A stretch of DNA of 64,000 bases from an uncultured Bifidobacterium sp. GTDB lineage: Bacteria; Pseudomonadota; Gammaproteobacteria; Burkholderiales; Burkholderiaceae_D. The notes under the pieces were generated by a model, which had not been told where the DNA came from, made no database searches, and saw only the letters and a list, made by a program, of their open reading frames with translations. Below are positions 45,730 to 56,322 of this stretch, piece after piece; the first letter of the stretch is position 1, and the number at the start of each line of letters is the position of its first letter. A program made the position numbers and the translations under genes. Where the stretch lies: the NCBI GenBank assembly GCA_964497485.1, contig CAZCDW010000001.1, positions 14,791 through 78,790 on the forward strand, written 5' to 3'.

Positions 45730-48700
45730 TAAATACTACTGCTCCTAATTCTTTGTGAGTCAATTCTTCTGATTTCTCGTAGAACTGCATCTGCAATTCC
45801 GTTAGCATCTGAAGAGTTGGCATTCACTGTAATACTATAATTATACACTGATTCGCCTGGAGATGTTCCATTATTCATTGCTGAAAGTGCTTCAGAACCG
45901 ATTCTGTCTACCGCTGGCTTGCTCATAACAAATTCTCCAGCAGTTAGCATCGCTGGAATTGTGTCTGTTCCAAGAGCGTATTTGCTTGCTGCAATCTCTA
46001 AACCATTATTTGCATAAACCATACCACCCTTTGCATAGTGTTTACTAACAAAGTTAGCCATGTTGTTCATGTCTGGCTTATTGCCTCGTGTTCTCTTGCC
46101 AGAAGCATCGGCAGAATACATTTGATTATTCTTAAAATCATCAATTGTGGCAAGTTGCTCACCATCAGTTCCAGTAACATCATCAAAAAGGTTTGCTAGA
46201 GATAGTTTTGTATCGGTGTATCCTGCATTTCTAAGTTCTTGTCTATACTTATCAGTATTCTCAAACCTTTTAACCATATAAGCACCATGCTTTATGTATG
46301 CCTCTGGCTCTGCACCTGCTTCTATCAATTGCTGCCAGCCAGTGTCTTTCTTCATTGATTCTGGGGTATTGTCATATGTTTCTTTTAACCAATAAATTGA
46401 TTTATTTTTGTGTCCTGCAGCCAAACCAGTAAATTTACCCTTAGCAGTTTCTATTTTTGCTCTCATGTTGCTTAGTTTTGTCTGGTCTTTTCTGAATGCA
46501 GTATCTGCATTGTGGATGTATTTTGCTCTATCCAAAACTGCAGGTGACATTTCTGCTTTTGCTGCTTCATAGGCATCTTTTTTACCCTGAGAACCAACAA
46601 TCGCATTATAGTTACTGTTATAGTCGGTGTAGGCTGTGTCAATTTGTGATGCTGTCAAAACTTTTCCATCTACCATAAGACCCCAGTTTGTTGCTGTACT
46701 TGTTGCTGTACCTAGTTTTGCAACTGCTGCTGTATAGTCTTTGTAACCTTGAGTATCCTTACCACCAAATTTTTCGGCTGCCTCTGCGTCACTCATTAGA
46801 CCGCCATTTTTAGTTACACCAACTTTTGCAGCAAGTTGTTTTACTTTTGCTTTTGCAGCGTAGTAATCTTTAGAAACTTTTGTTGCACCCTTTTCACCAG
46901 ATACTGCATCAATTGTGTTTTGCAGTGCCTGAGTGTTCATAATTCCAGAAAGACTTCCAACATTTTGAGTTAGTCCTGAGTTACTTCCAGATGTTGGTGC
47001 AGGAGTTGTAGTTGCTCCTGGTGCTGCAGTTGTTCCGCCAGGTGCTGCAGTTGTTCCACCACCGCCAGTAACAGTTGGGTTATATGGTTTTAGACCAGAT
47101 AGTGCTTTGCCATCTTTAAGCATTTTTGCAACGTGAATAGATGAAGCAAGTGCATCCGTTGCAATCTTGTGCTGACGCTCTTGCTCAAGCAACTTAAAGT
47201 TTGCAATTTTTTCTGAGTTATCTGCAATAATCTTTTCTAGTCCTGCACGTTTTTCAACATGACCATTAATCTTAATTTCAATATTCTCAAGTTCAGCCTT
47301 TCTTGCATTGTCAAGACTTGCTTTTGCATCTTCAAGGGCTTGCTTTTGTTCGTTTTGTTTTGCTTGTAGTGCAGCCTTGGCAGCGGCGGCAATGTCACCC
47401 TTTGATAATGCATCTGCAAGAGTTAGCGTATCCTGCTGTTGCTGATTGTTCTTGTCTTGGATTTTTCCAATTTGGTCAAGAGCCTTGATGCGAGCATCAT
47501 ACTTGTCATTAATCTTCTTTTCTTTAATGGCAATTACGTCAAGACCAGCCTGGTAAAGTTCGTTGTCTTTGGCTAGTCTTTCTGCTGGTGTTGCAAGAAT
47601 ATAGGAGAGACCAAAATCGCTGGCATCCTTAATTTCCTTTAACTTCTTTAGAAGTTCTCCAGCATTCTTTCTTAGTTTACCAGTCTTCTTATCAATGATT
47701 CTGTTCTGCTCTTCTTCAGTACCGTTCATAAAGTCTCTGATGATTTCTGCATCTGCACCCTGTTGCTGCATAAGTGCTGCAATACCGCCAAACTGCTTAA
47801 TTGATTCAGTTCCATATTTCATAATTGCTTTGTATGAGTCGTTCCATCCAATAGTAAGTTTTTGTTGCCACATATTGGCTTCACGAAGCATCTTTACATA
47901 CTTGTCAAGGATTGATGGTTCTGGGGCTTTTGGTCCACCGTCTCCGTTGCCGTCACCGACACCAGTTGTGTCCTCACCCTGAGTAGTTACAGTTCTGTCT
48001 GCCTGATATGCCGCAAACTCAGCAAAACTTCTAGTTTGACCATTTTCTTTGTTCCAGAGTTTCCAAGACGCAATCATGTCTGGGTCACCCTCCATAGCCA
48101 TAATCTGCTGAAGTTCTGTAAGGAAGACAGCCTTGTTAGCCTTGCTATACTTGTTAAAGTATTTTCCAATAACTGGGTCTTTTAGAAGTTTAGCAATGTC
48201 CTTACCAAGAATTTTTTGAACAACAGAAATGTCAATAACCTTGGATGCTTTTAGTGCGTCAATGTTTTTCTTGAACTCCAGCATCTTTTCTGGGTTTTCG
48301 ACAGCAAACTTCATTACTGCTTCTGCGACGTTCTTCTGACCGAAGAATACACCAGTTGTCTTTTGTGCCATTTCTAGAGCATCGTTCATTGCCTTTGCAT
48401 CTTCTGGACTCTTTAGGCTCATATCAATAACGAATTGTTTTTTCTGTGGTCCCTGTAGCGATGCAGCAAGACCAAGAGTTCTGTTTGCTTCTGTAGGGCT
48501 ATTAACAAGAAGTTTTTCAAGTTGGTTTGCACCCTCTTCGCTACTACCAAACAACTCATTTGCTGTTTCAATTTGGTTGAAACCAAGTTGTTTTTGAGCA
48601 ACCATTGTTTTAAGCATAGTCTTCTGACCCTTATTGGCAGTTGTCATATTTCCAATAGTGTCTTTTGCCATTGTTGCTTGAACTTCTTGACCAGTACCCT

Positions 48701-51700
48701 TGAAGGCTGCGTCGATTGCATCGTTAGCGACAGTCTCATACTTACCAGCCATATCGCCCATCCACAAGAAGCCACCTGAAGCACTCTTAACACTGTCGTA
48801 CATTTCTTGAGTGTTTTTTGCATTTGCTTCTAGCAATGCCTTTTGGTCAACTAGGTACTGGTTCTGAAGTCTTGTGGCTTCGGCAGCATCACCTGCGGCT
48901 CGTGCTGCATCAATTCTCTTTTGGTAAGATACTTCTAGGGAGTCAGCCATTTGTTGCTGAAGTGCAAGTTGGTCTCCAACTGCTGTAACAGTCATAGCAG
49001 CCTGTTTGGTCATTGCCTCTTCTGCTTTTACTACTCCGTAAACTGCTCCAGCAACGAGACCAATACCTGCTGCAACCAAACCAACTACTGGCACAGCAGC
49101 AGCCATACCTGCAATAAGTGTTCCAGTCAGGGTTGATGCTGCAGCGGTTCCAGCAATAAGCGGAGCAACTACTGCAGCAGCACCACCAAGAGCCAGACCT
49201 GCAACACCACCTGCAACTGTTCCTTGTGCAGCACTTTGTACTGTATTTCCAGCAGCCTTGTTTGCTTCAGAGCCACCTGCATTGTACTTAGCACTATTTT
49301 CAAATTGTTTACGGACATTCTCCATACCCATTTCAACCACACGCAGTCTAACGTTTAGTGGTTCTTTTGCAAGGTCTTCGCCGCTTGGACCAACAAGGTC
49401 CGTAATCTTTCCAGAAACTTCCATACCAAAAGACATGTCTCCAAGTTTTGCACCAAGGTTAGCAGCAATAGAGCGAGCCTGGGCAGGTGTCATTACACCA
49501 GATGAAATTGCTGTAGAGAGTTGTGTTGTAATAAGTTTCTTAGCATTTTCAAGACCGCCAGATTTAATAGACTCTCCAACGTCTTTTACAAGTTGTGTAC
49601 CTGCATCACTCTTCATGTAAGACTCACCGAATGTTGTCTTACCCTCAACTACGTTGAAGAACTGTCCAGCACTTGCCTGACGCTGCTTGTTCATTACTTC
49701 AGTACCGCTTACGGTTTTTGCAAATTCTGCAAACTTTCCAATAGCCTTGTTTCCAGTACCCATGGCTTCTGCCAGTCTTTGTGATTCTTGACTTACTTTC
49801 TGTAGGTGGTCTGCAATTTGGAATCCAATAGTTCCAATAGCAGCAAGAGCACCAACAACAACACCAGCAGGACCTGGAATCATTTGCATAGCAGCAGTTA
49901 CAGCACCAATAGGAGCAATCGCTGCCTGTGCAGCCTTTCCAACACCAGGGATTACATTCTCTGGAATCATAGAAGCCATACCTGCTATAGAGGTTGCTGC
50001 GTATGCTGCAGACTGAATCTTACCAGTTGTTTCAGTTCTAGTAAATGCTTTTCCAATCTTTCCAGCAATACCGCCACCAGTAGCATTCTTATCAAACTTC
50101 TTTTTCTGCTCCTCGGTCATGTCGTCGTAGCCAGCGTCTACTCTTCTTTGCTCTAGTTCTACCTGCTTCTGGTAGTCTGCTTCTTTTTTGTCTCTTTCTT
50201 TTTGGTCTTTAATAAGTTGACGAAGTTCTTCACCAGTTGCTCTTTGCTCTTCTAGACCGTCCTTTTGACCCTTAGCAACGTCTTCTTGTATGTCAATAAC
50301 GTTTTGTGCTGGTGAGTCCTGAACAGTTTCATCTCCAACGATGATAACTCTAACTGGCTTACCGTCAACAAATCCTCCAGTGTTGTAACCCTTAATAATT
50401 CCACCATTACGATATCCTGGAATAACTCCACCATTTGCATAACCCTTTAGGTTACCGTCAATCATTTGTGTAATCAGTCCACGGTGTTGTTCTGCTTGTT
50501 TTGCAGGGATTACAGCCTCACCTGGGGACAGCATAGCAGGAACTACGTCGCCAGCACCCTTTGGTCCTGGAACTGAGAATGTTCCATTGGCATATCCTGG
50601 GATTCGTCCACCCTTAGCAAATTTTCTCCAAGGAAGGTCTGGGAATGACACTTTGCCATTTGGACCAACTACAACAGCGTCTTCGTCAGCACCTCCACTA
50701 ATAATAAAGTCGTTTGCTTCTTTTAGTGTTCCAAACTCTCCTTGCTTTTCATCGCCCATCATCACCTTAAAGCCGCTGGCTAGTTTGAGTGGGTTGTATG
50801 TAGGGATACCAAGAAGACTAATAGCACCACGAGTAGCAGCCATATCGTCATAGAATTCTTCAATGTCGTAATACTTCATGAATGCAGCAGTTTTGTCATA
50901 CTTCATCTGCTCTGGCTTGCGATAGTCTTTATCTTTTCTTGCAATGACCTTGATGCCCTTCATGTCAATACCAAGTTTTTCTAGGGTTTCAATAGTATAT
51001 GGCTCATAGAAGTCTGGGCGAGCAGTCATAAGCAGGATTTTGTTTCCACGCTCTTGTGCTGCTTTTAGTCTGGCAATTGCTGCTGGAATACCTTTAGGGT
51101 CTTTTGCAGCCTCTTTGTACCATTTCTTTTTTTGTTCTTCTGGAAGTTTGTCGTTTTCTGCCTTGTGCTTTACCATGAAAGAAGACAGGTCAAGAAGTGT
51201 GTCGTCAATGTCGAATACGGATGCCTTTGGCTTAATGCTTGGTTTGCCACCAACATTTTCAGTTCCTTCTGCAAACTTTTGAGCAGACATAAATGCTTTT
51301 TCATCAAATACGGTTGGGTCGCTTACTGATGTTATGCTTGCAAGCAATTCGTCATAACTTGAAATTCCAGTTAGTGAGCGTCTAAATGAGCCTGGAGGCA
51401 TTGAAGAACCACGAAGTTTAAGTTGTTCTGGAAGGGCTTCTGGGGCTGCACCTGATGCAATCCACGATGCTCTGGCTGCTTCTTCTCCTGCTCGTTGCTC
51501 AGGTTTCTTTGCTGAACTTGATAGTGCAAATCTTCCAATTTTTATTTTTGTTCCAGCAAAAACAACGTCTTTACCGTTTGGTGCAAACTCTGCAATTCCA
51601 GATGCCAGTAATTCTCTTAGTTTTCCATTTGCATTTTTACCAAGGTCTGCACGAATACTTCCAACTGTGTTAGAACGCTCAATAAGTCTGTTTGCAACCT

Positions 51701-54700
51701 GTGCATAATCCCCACCCTTTGATACTGAAGAGAACAGGGCTTCCTTTGTTCCATCTGCTAGGATTGGGTCAATTACGTTTCTTCCGCCAGCAACCTTGAC
51801 TGTTGTGTTTCCAACCACATTTTCAATTTGAGCAAGTGTGTCGTTAAGGTTTGCTGGAACTCCTGCAGCCCTAGCACTTGAATTAAACTTTCCTTGAATT
51901 GAATTCCATACCTTTTGGAAAATAGGTGGAACAATTCCACCCTTTCCTGGTATAAGTCTTTGGTTTACCCATGTTGGTAGGTCTGCTGTTAGGTTGCCCA
52001 GAACTGTAATGTATTGTAGGTGTTCATCTTTTAGTCCTGGATAAAGTTTTTCGATTTGTGCTCTTACAGCAGGGTCGTACTTATCTAATTCTTTTTGGGT
52101 GTGGGATGCTTGTGTTAGCCCTACCCATCCACCATCTTCAAATTTCTTTGGTGGCACTGCAGAGTGCATAACCTGATATCTACCCCAGTCAACGCCCATA
52201 CCTGCCTGTAGTCTTTGCTGCATTGCTTCATAGGCAACCTTTTCTTCTGGTGACATGTTTCCAAAGCCAGCAATTGTAGCCTGTAGTTTTGGAGCAACTC
52301 TCTGAATTTCAGCCTTCATTGCTGCGTCATATTCAGCAGGTGTCATCTTTGACACCATCTCTGATGTTGCTTCAGCAAAGAATCTCTTAGCACCACCCTT
52401 TACACCGAGAAGGTTGATAATGGCTTGCTCTTCCATTGAGTTGATTGCACTACCAAGAGCACGTTTTCCAGATGCTCTACCGAACACACCAGCAGTACCT
52501 ACGTCAGCAAGAACGTTACCGCCAAGGTTTCCAATACCAAGGTCTTTATCTCCACGAAGAAGTGAAGCAACAAGTTGTGTAAAGTACTGGTCTTTAGTGA
52601 ATGTGTTTGGAATATCTGCAATTCTTGAATCAAGTGCTGACTCAAGAACAATGAAGCGACGCTTGTTTTCTGGGTCTGTTGGGTCCATCATTACACGAAT
52701 CTCTTGCTTAGGTGCTACAAGACCGTGTGCATCACGAGCAATAGTTGTTCCACGAACTTCTGCTAGTGCAGATGTTAGGTCCATCTGTGGCTTAACGAAT
52801 ACTTTAGTTCCATCTGGTTTCTGGTAAATACCACCAACGTTAAAGGCAGGGAATGAGTGACCAGTAGTTGGAGAAATCTGTGTACCAAAATCTGTAGGTG
52901 GAACATTGGCATATGGACCAGCCATAACTTCATCGCTAATCTGCTTTAGTTGACCACCTGTTCTTGCAAGACCTTCAGTTTGTTTTTGTGTTAGCGGACC
53001 ATAGACTGTCTGACGCATTCCTGCACCAGTAGTTCCATTCTCAAATCCTGGGAGGTTTCCAGCAACCATGCCAGCGATTACTGGGGCATACTTCTGTGCA
53101 TGTTTTGCAGGAATAACTGCTTCACCTGGTGATAGTAGTGCTGGAACAATGTCTCCTGCCCCCTTTGGTCCTGGAACCATTGCCACACCATTGGCATACT
53201 TTTTAGGTGTAGCAGTTTTTGGAACTGCATTTGGGTCACCTACAGGTACGTTAGGAACGCCCTGGAATTGTTGTTGAGCCTGAATAGCATTTCTATATGC
53301 TGCTGTAAGTTCATTAACAGCACTTGCTTCAGATGTAAATGTTTGACGAAGTTTAGAGTGAGCCTGGTCAAGTGATGATGCAATAGCAGCAGCCTTAAGT
53401 TGCTCTGAGTTCATGTATCCTGTTTGCTCACCAAGAATGTCTGAAGGTCTTGTTGACTTATTAATCATTGACTTGATATTGGTAAACAGTTTCATGATGT
53501 TTGCAATACCGTTGGCAAGAAGACCAAATGTCATTAGTAATAGTGGACCAATACCTGCCACAGCAGTGACAAGAATAGTTATAAAGTTCTTTGTTCCGCT
53601 ACTTAGATTGTTAAATCCATCAAGCACCTTTCCAACAAATTCCATAATTGGTGTAATAGCCTTTAGGAATGCCTCACCAACTGGTGCTAGTTTCGCCTGA
53701 ATGTCTTGGACAGCCTTTTGGAACTTATACATTGGTGAATCTGAAATCTTTTTCATTTCTCGTTCTGATAGAACTGCCAATTCTTCTGCTGTTTGCTTTG
53801 CAAGTCCTGCTACAGTTTGAGCCTGGCTACCCTCTTTGATTACGTTCTGGAACAGCGTAGAGATACGAGAGAACTGGAACTTTCCGAACATCTGTTCAAT
53901 AGCACGAGCACGGTTTAGTGGGTCAAGTGTATCGAATGCCTTTGCTACATCAATAACTGTTTGCTTAATGTTTCCAGCGTTACCCTCTACAATACCCTTG
54001 ATGTTGATACCAAATCCACGAAGGAAGTCTGATGCCTTTTTAGTTGGGTTAATCATAGATGCGATACCAGACTTCAGTGCGTTAGCACCTTCTGATGCGT
54101 TAATGCCACCTTCCTTCATGGCAGTTAGGAAGAATGTTAGGTCTTCTACGCTACCACCAAGTTGCTTAATTACTGGAGCAGCCTTTGGAATAGCAATGGT
54201 TAGGTCTTCAATAGATGTTACAGTTTGGTTTTCTACTGCGTTTAGGAAGTCAATTTTTCCAGACAACTGGTCAGCAGATGTTCCGAAGGCATTTGTTAGC
54301 GAGATTGTTGTCTCTAGTGCTTGGTTCTGGTCTACCTGACCAAGTACCGCCAATTTATTTGCTTGGTTAATCTGAGCAAGTAGGTCTGCACCAGTCTTAC
54401 CCATAGCAGCAGCCTTAGCAGCCATATCCATAGTATCTGCTACAGCAACACCATACTTAGTAAACTCATTAGCCAATGCTTTAACATTTTGAGCCATCTT
54501 TTCTGTTTCATCTGCTGTTGTATTAATGTCTCCATAAACACGCTTGAATGAAATAGAAGCCTTCTCAATTTCCATATAGGCTTTAGCAGCGGCTGACCCC
54601 ATCATGGTTAGTGGTACGGTAAAACCAACCATCAACTGACGACCAGCCCACTGAGTGTTCTTACCAAAGTTTAGAAGTTGGGTAGAACCCTGTTTCATCA

Positions 54701-55211
54701 ACTGATTGAATAACTGTTGGCGTTGAGCAGCAATCTGAGTCTTTGTTCCCAGGTTATCCATGTCCAGTGCAAGAGGTCTAACAGAAATAGCCTTCATAGC
54801 ACCATTGGCATCACGACCTAGTTTGATGTATTGTGTCTGTAGGTCTTTTACTCTTTCACGAGCAACCTGGTTGATTGTTTCGAACTCGGACTTAAAAAGT
54901 TTGCCGAAAGTTTTTGATGCTCCACCTGCATAGCGGAAGTACTCACCCATTGTGAGTTTGTTCTTTTCAAGTGCTGTGGTAAATCGTTCTGCACTTGTTT
55001 GAATTGTTTGAATATTTGCCTGAAACTTACCAGTTGCATTAACTGAGTTTACAAGGTTTTGCTGCATTGCTCGTGCAGCAGCAGCGTTGTCAGCACCTGC
55101 TTTTCGCATGGCTTGCTGAAAGGCTGATATTTGCTGTTGTAAAAGTTTGAGTTGCGCCAGAGCATCTGACGTATCAATATTTATATTTACATTAGTTTCA
55201 ATATCAGCCAT
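45729..55211 (-). CDS. tape measure protein with inserted kinase-like and HAD domains
   Basis: 3160 aa, TP901-type TMP N-terminus, TM segments, C-terminal DTIPAMLTAGEFV. Confidence 0.92.
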   Translation of the reverse strand: MADIETNVNINIDTSDALAQLKLLQQQISAFQQAMRKAGADNAAAARAMQQNLVNSVNATGKFQANIQTIQTSAERFTTALEKNKLTMGEYFRYAGGASKTFGKLFKSEFETINQVARERVKDLQTQYIKLGRDANGAMKAISVRPLALDMDNLGTKTQIAAQRQQLFNQLMKQGSTQLLNFGKNTQWAGRQLMVGFTVPLTMMGSAAAKAYMEIEKASISFKRVYGDINTTADETEKMAQNVKALANEFTKYGVAVADTMDMAAKAAAMGKTGADLLAQINQANKLAVLGQVDQNQALETTISLTNAFGTSADQLSGKIDFLNAVENQTVTSIEDLTIAIPKAAPVIKQLGGSVEDLTFFLTAMKEGGINASEGANALKSGIASMINPTKKASDFLRGFGINIKGIVEGNAGNIKQTVIDVAKAFDTLDPLNRARAIEQMFGKFQFSRISTLFQNVIKEGSQAQTVAGLAKQTAEELAVLSEREMKKISDSPMYKFQKAVQDIQAKLAPVGEAFLKAITPIMEFVGKVLDGFNNLSSGTKNFITILVTAVAGIGPLLLMTFGLLANGIANIMKLFTNIKSMINKSTRPSDILGEQTGYMNSEQLKAAAIASSLDQAHSKLRQTFTSEASAVNELTAAYRNAIQAQQQFQGVPNVPVGDPNAVPKTATPKKYANGVAMVPGPKGAGDIVPALLSPGEAVIPAKHAQKYAPVIAGMVAGNLPGFENGTTGAGMRQTVYGPLTQKQTEGLARTGGQLKQISDEVMAGPYANVPPTDFGTQISPTTGHSFPAFNVGGIYQKPDGTKVFVKPQMDLTSALAEVRGTTIARDAHGLVAPKQEIRVMMDPTDPENKRRFIVLESALDSRIADIPNTFTKDQYFTQLVASLLRGDKDLGIGNLGGNVLADVGTAGVFGRASGKRALGSAINSMEEQAIINLLGVKGGAKRFFAEATSEMVSKMTPAEYDAAMKAEIQRVAPKLQATIAGFGNMSPEEKVAYEAMQQRLQAGMGVDWGRYQVMHSAVPPKKFEDGGWVGLTQASHTQKELDKYDPAVRAQIEKLYPGLKDEHLQYITVLGNLTADLPTWVNQRLIPGKGGIVPPIFQKVWNSIQGKFNSSARAAGVPANLNDTLAQIENVVGNTTVKVAGGRNVIDPILADGTKEALFSSVSKGGDYAQVANRLIERSNTVGSIRADLGKNANGKLRELLASGIAEFAPNGKDVVFAGTKIKIGRFALSSSAKKPEQRAGEEAARASWIASGAAPEALPEQLKLRGSSMPPGSFRRSLTGISSYDELLASITSVSDPTVFDEKAFMSAQKFAEGTENVGGKPSIKPKASVFDIDDTLLDLSSFMVKHKAENDKLPEEQKKKWYKEAAKDPKGIPAAIARLKAAQERGNKILLMTARPDFYEPYTIETLEKLGIDMKGIKVIARKDKDYRKPEQMKYDKTAAFMKYYDIEEFYDDMAATRGAISLLGIPTYNPLKLASGFKVMMGDEKQGEFGTLKEANDFIISGGADEDAVVVGPNGKVSFPDLPWRKFAKGGRIPGYANGTFSVPGPKGAGDVVPAMLSPGEAVIPAKQAEQHRGLITQMIDGNLKGYANGGVIPGYRNGGIIKGYNTGGFVDGKPVRVIIVGDETVQDSPAQNVIDIQEDVAKGQKDGLEEQRATGEELRQLIKDQKERDKKEADYQKQVELEQRRVDAGYDDMTEEQKKKFDKNATGGGIAGKIGKAFTRTETTGKIQSAAYAATSIAGMASMIPENVIPGVGKAAQAAIAPIGAVTAAMQMIPGPAGVVVGALAAIGTIGFQIADHLQKVSQESQRLAEAMGTGNKAIGKFAEFAKTVSGTEVMNKQRQASAGQFFNVVEGKTTFGESYMKSDAGTQLVKDVGESIKSGGLENAKKLITTQLSTAISSGVMTPAQARSIAANLGAKLGDMSFGMEVSGKITDLVGPSGEDLAKEPLNVRLRVVEMGMENVRKQFENSAKYNAGGSEANKAAGNTVQSAAQGTVAGGVAGLALGGAAAVVAPLIAGTAAASTLTGTLIAGMAAAVPVVGLVAAGIGLVAGAVYGVVKAEEAMTKQAAMTVTAVGDQLALQQQMADSLEVSYQKRIDAARAAGDAAEATRLQNQYLVDQKALLEANAKNTQEMYDSVKSASGGFLWMGDMAGKYETVANDAIDAAFKGTGQEVQATMAKDTIGNMTTANKGQKTMLKTMVAQKQLGFNQIETANELFGSSEEGANQLEKLLVNSPTEANRTLGLAASLQGPQKKQFVIDMSLKSPEDAKAMNDALEMAQKTTGVFFGQKNVAEAVMKFAVENPEKMLEFKKNIDALKASKVIDISVVQKILGKDIAKLLKDPVIGKYFNKYSKANKAVFLTELQQIMAMEGDPDMIASWKLWNKENGQTRSFAEFAAYQADRTVTTQGEDTTGVGDGNGDGGPKAPEPSILDKYVKMLREANMWQQKLTIGWNDSYKAIMKYGTESIKQFGGIAALMQQQGADAEIIRDFMNGTEEEQNRIIDKKTGKLRKNAGELLKKLKEIKDASDFGLSYILATPAERLAKDNELYQAGLDVIAIKEKKINDKYDARIKALDQIGKIQDKNNQQQQDTLTLADALSKGDIAAAAKAALQAKQNEQKQALEDAKASLDNARKAELENIEIKINGHVEKRAGLEKIIADNSEKIANFKLLEQERQHKIATDALASSIHVAKMLKDGKALSGLKPYNPTVTGGGGTTAAPGGTTAAPGATTTPAPTSGSNSGLTQNVGSLSGIMNTQALQNTIDAVSGEKGATKVSKDYYAAKAKVKQLAAKVGVTKNGGLMSDAEAAEKFGGKDTQGYKDYTAAVAKLGTATSTATNWGLMVDGKVLTASQIDTAYTDYNSNYNAIVGSQGKKDAYEAAKAEMSPAVLDRAKYIHNADTAFRKDQTKLSNMRAKIETAKGKFTGLAAGHKNKSIYWLKETYDNTPESMKKDTGWQQLIEAGAEPEAYIKHGAYMVKRFENTDKYRQELRNAGYTDTKLSLANLFDDVTGTDGEQLATIDDFKNNQMYSADASGKRTRGNKPDMNNMANFVSKHYAKGGMVYANNGLEIAASKYALGTDTIPAMLTAGEFVMSKPAVDRIGSEALSAMNNGTSPGESVYNYSITVNANSSDANGIADAVLREIRRIDSQRIRSSSI

Positions 55212-55229
55212 TCAACTTACACCGCTTTA

Positions 55230-55556
55230 TTAGCCGTTAATTAGACCACCCATTAGTGAGGCTTCACTAAGTTTGATACCAGATGCCTCTTCGACAATCT
55301 TGTATACGGTTGGAAGGTCTAGAAGTTCCTCCAGTGCCTTCAGGTCTGTGGCTAGTTCTGGAGCATACTGCTTCAGAGCAATCTGGACACATTCCATGAG
55401 AAGAGTCATTGACTTCTCGTTGTTGTCTGCTACTTCTGCGATACCCTCAAACTTTGTCATGAAAGGGCGGAGAAGTGAGATTTTAAGTGGACGGACAGAA
55501 ATCTTTGTACCGTCTAGTAGTTCTACAGTTTTTGTCTCATTGATAGTTGTAGACAT
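55230..55556 (-). CDS. tail assembly chaperone, short form
   Basis: between MTP and TMP; AAGGAGG SD; own TGTTATAAT. Confidence 0.75.
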   Translation of the reverse strand: MSTTINETKTVELLDGTKISVRPLKISLLRPFMTKFEGIAEVADNNEKSMTLLMECVQIALKQYAPELATDLKALEELLDLPTVYKIVEEASGIKLSEASLMGGLING

Positions 55557-55600
55557 GAATCCTCCTTATGGTTTCTAAACAATTATAACATAAACAATGT

Positions 55601-56308
55601 CTATTTGGAGATAACTTCGTAGTCAAGACCCATACCGATACCGAATCCGTATTGCTGTGCCTTTTGACCCTGTAGTGATGTAATGTCATTAGGGTCTCCA
55701 TTACCAATTCCAGATGTCTTTGCGGCTACCCTGGCTTTCATGGCTTCCCAAGGGTCTTCTTCCTTCTTGCCACTAGTTTCGTCTAGGTCAACGCCCTGCA
55801 TAGCAGCAAGGAACTTCTTTTCATTGTAGTCCAACTCTCTTCTTGATTCAAGGATAGCCATTAGTTCTGACATAGATATGCTTCTTTCAAGTTCGTCGTA
55901 GTTCTTCCAGATGCCTAATAAAAATACTTCTGATTCAAGTTTTGCTAAGTCTAACTTTTCCCAAGTATTTTCGCTTTTGGCTTTTGCTGTGTTTGGTTTT
56001 GGCTCTTCTGTTTCTGGATTTATGTTTACCTTAATTCCAGCACAAACATCCAAAACTTTATACATTGTTGGCAAATCAATCTGGTCCTCAAGGTCTTCGA
56101 TTGTTTTGATAGATGGGTAGTATTGCTTCATTGCAATCCTCACGCATTCTGCTAGTGTTGCAATTGACTCTTCATCTGTTTTAGTATTTTTAATACCCTC
56201 AAAAGCATTCATAAACTCTCTTAGGTATTTAATTTTTAATGGACTAATCTCAATTATTGTTCCATCAATTAGTTCTATTTCTTCAATGTCATATATTTTT
56301 GTAGGCAT
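55601..56308 (-). CDS. tail assembly chaperone, long form
   Basis: N-terminal half homologous to 55230-55556, plus a C-terminal extension. Confidence 0.75.
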   Translation of the reverse strand: MPTKIYDIEEIELIDGTIIEISPLKIKYLREFMNAFEGIKNTKTDEESIATLAECVRIAMKQYYPSIKTIEDLEDQIDLPTMYKVLDVCAGIKVNINPETEEPKPNTAKAKSENTWEKLDLAKLESEVFLLGIWKNYDELERSISMSELMAILESRRELDYNEKKFLAAMQGVDLDETSGKKEEDPWEAMKARVAAKTSGIGNGDPNDITSLQGQKAQQYGFGIGMGLDYEVISK

Positions 56309-56322
56309 TATATAAGTATATC

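Noticed and set aside
47020-47057. 21-bp tandem repeat in the TMP (GGTTAAP x2)
   Set aside because: Ordinary flexible linker duplication
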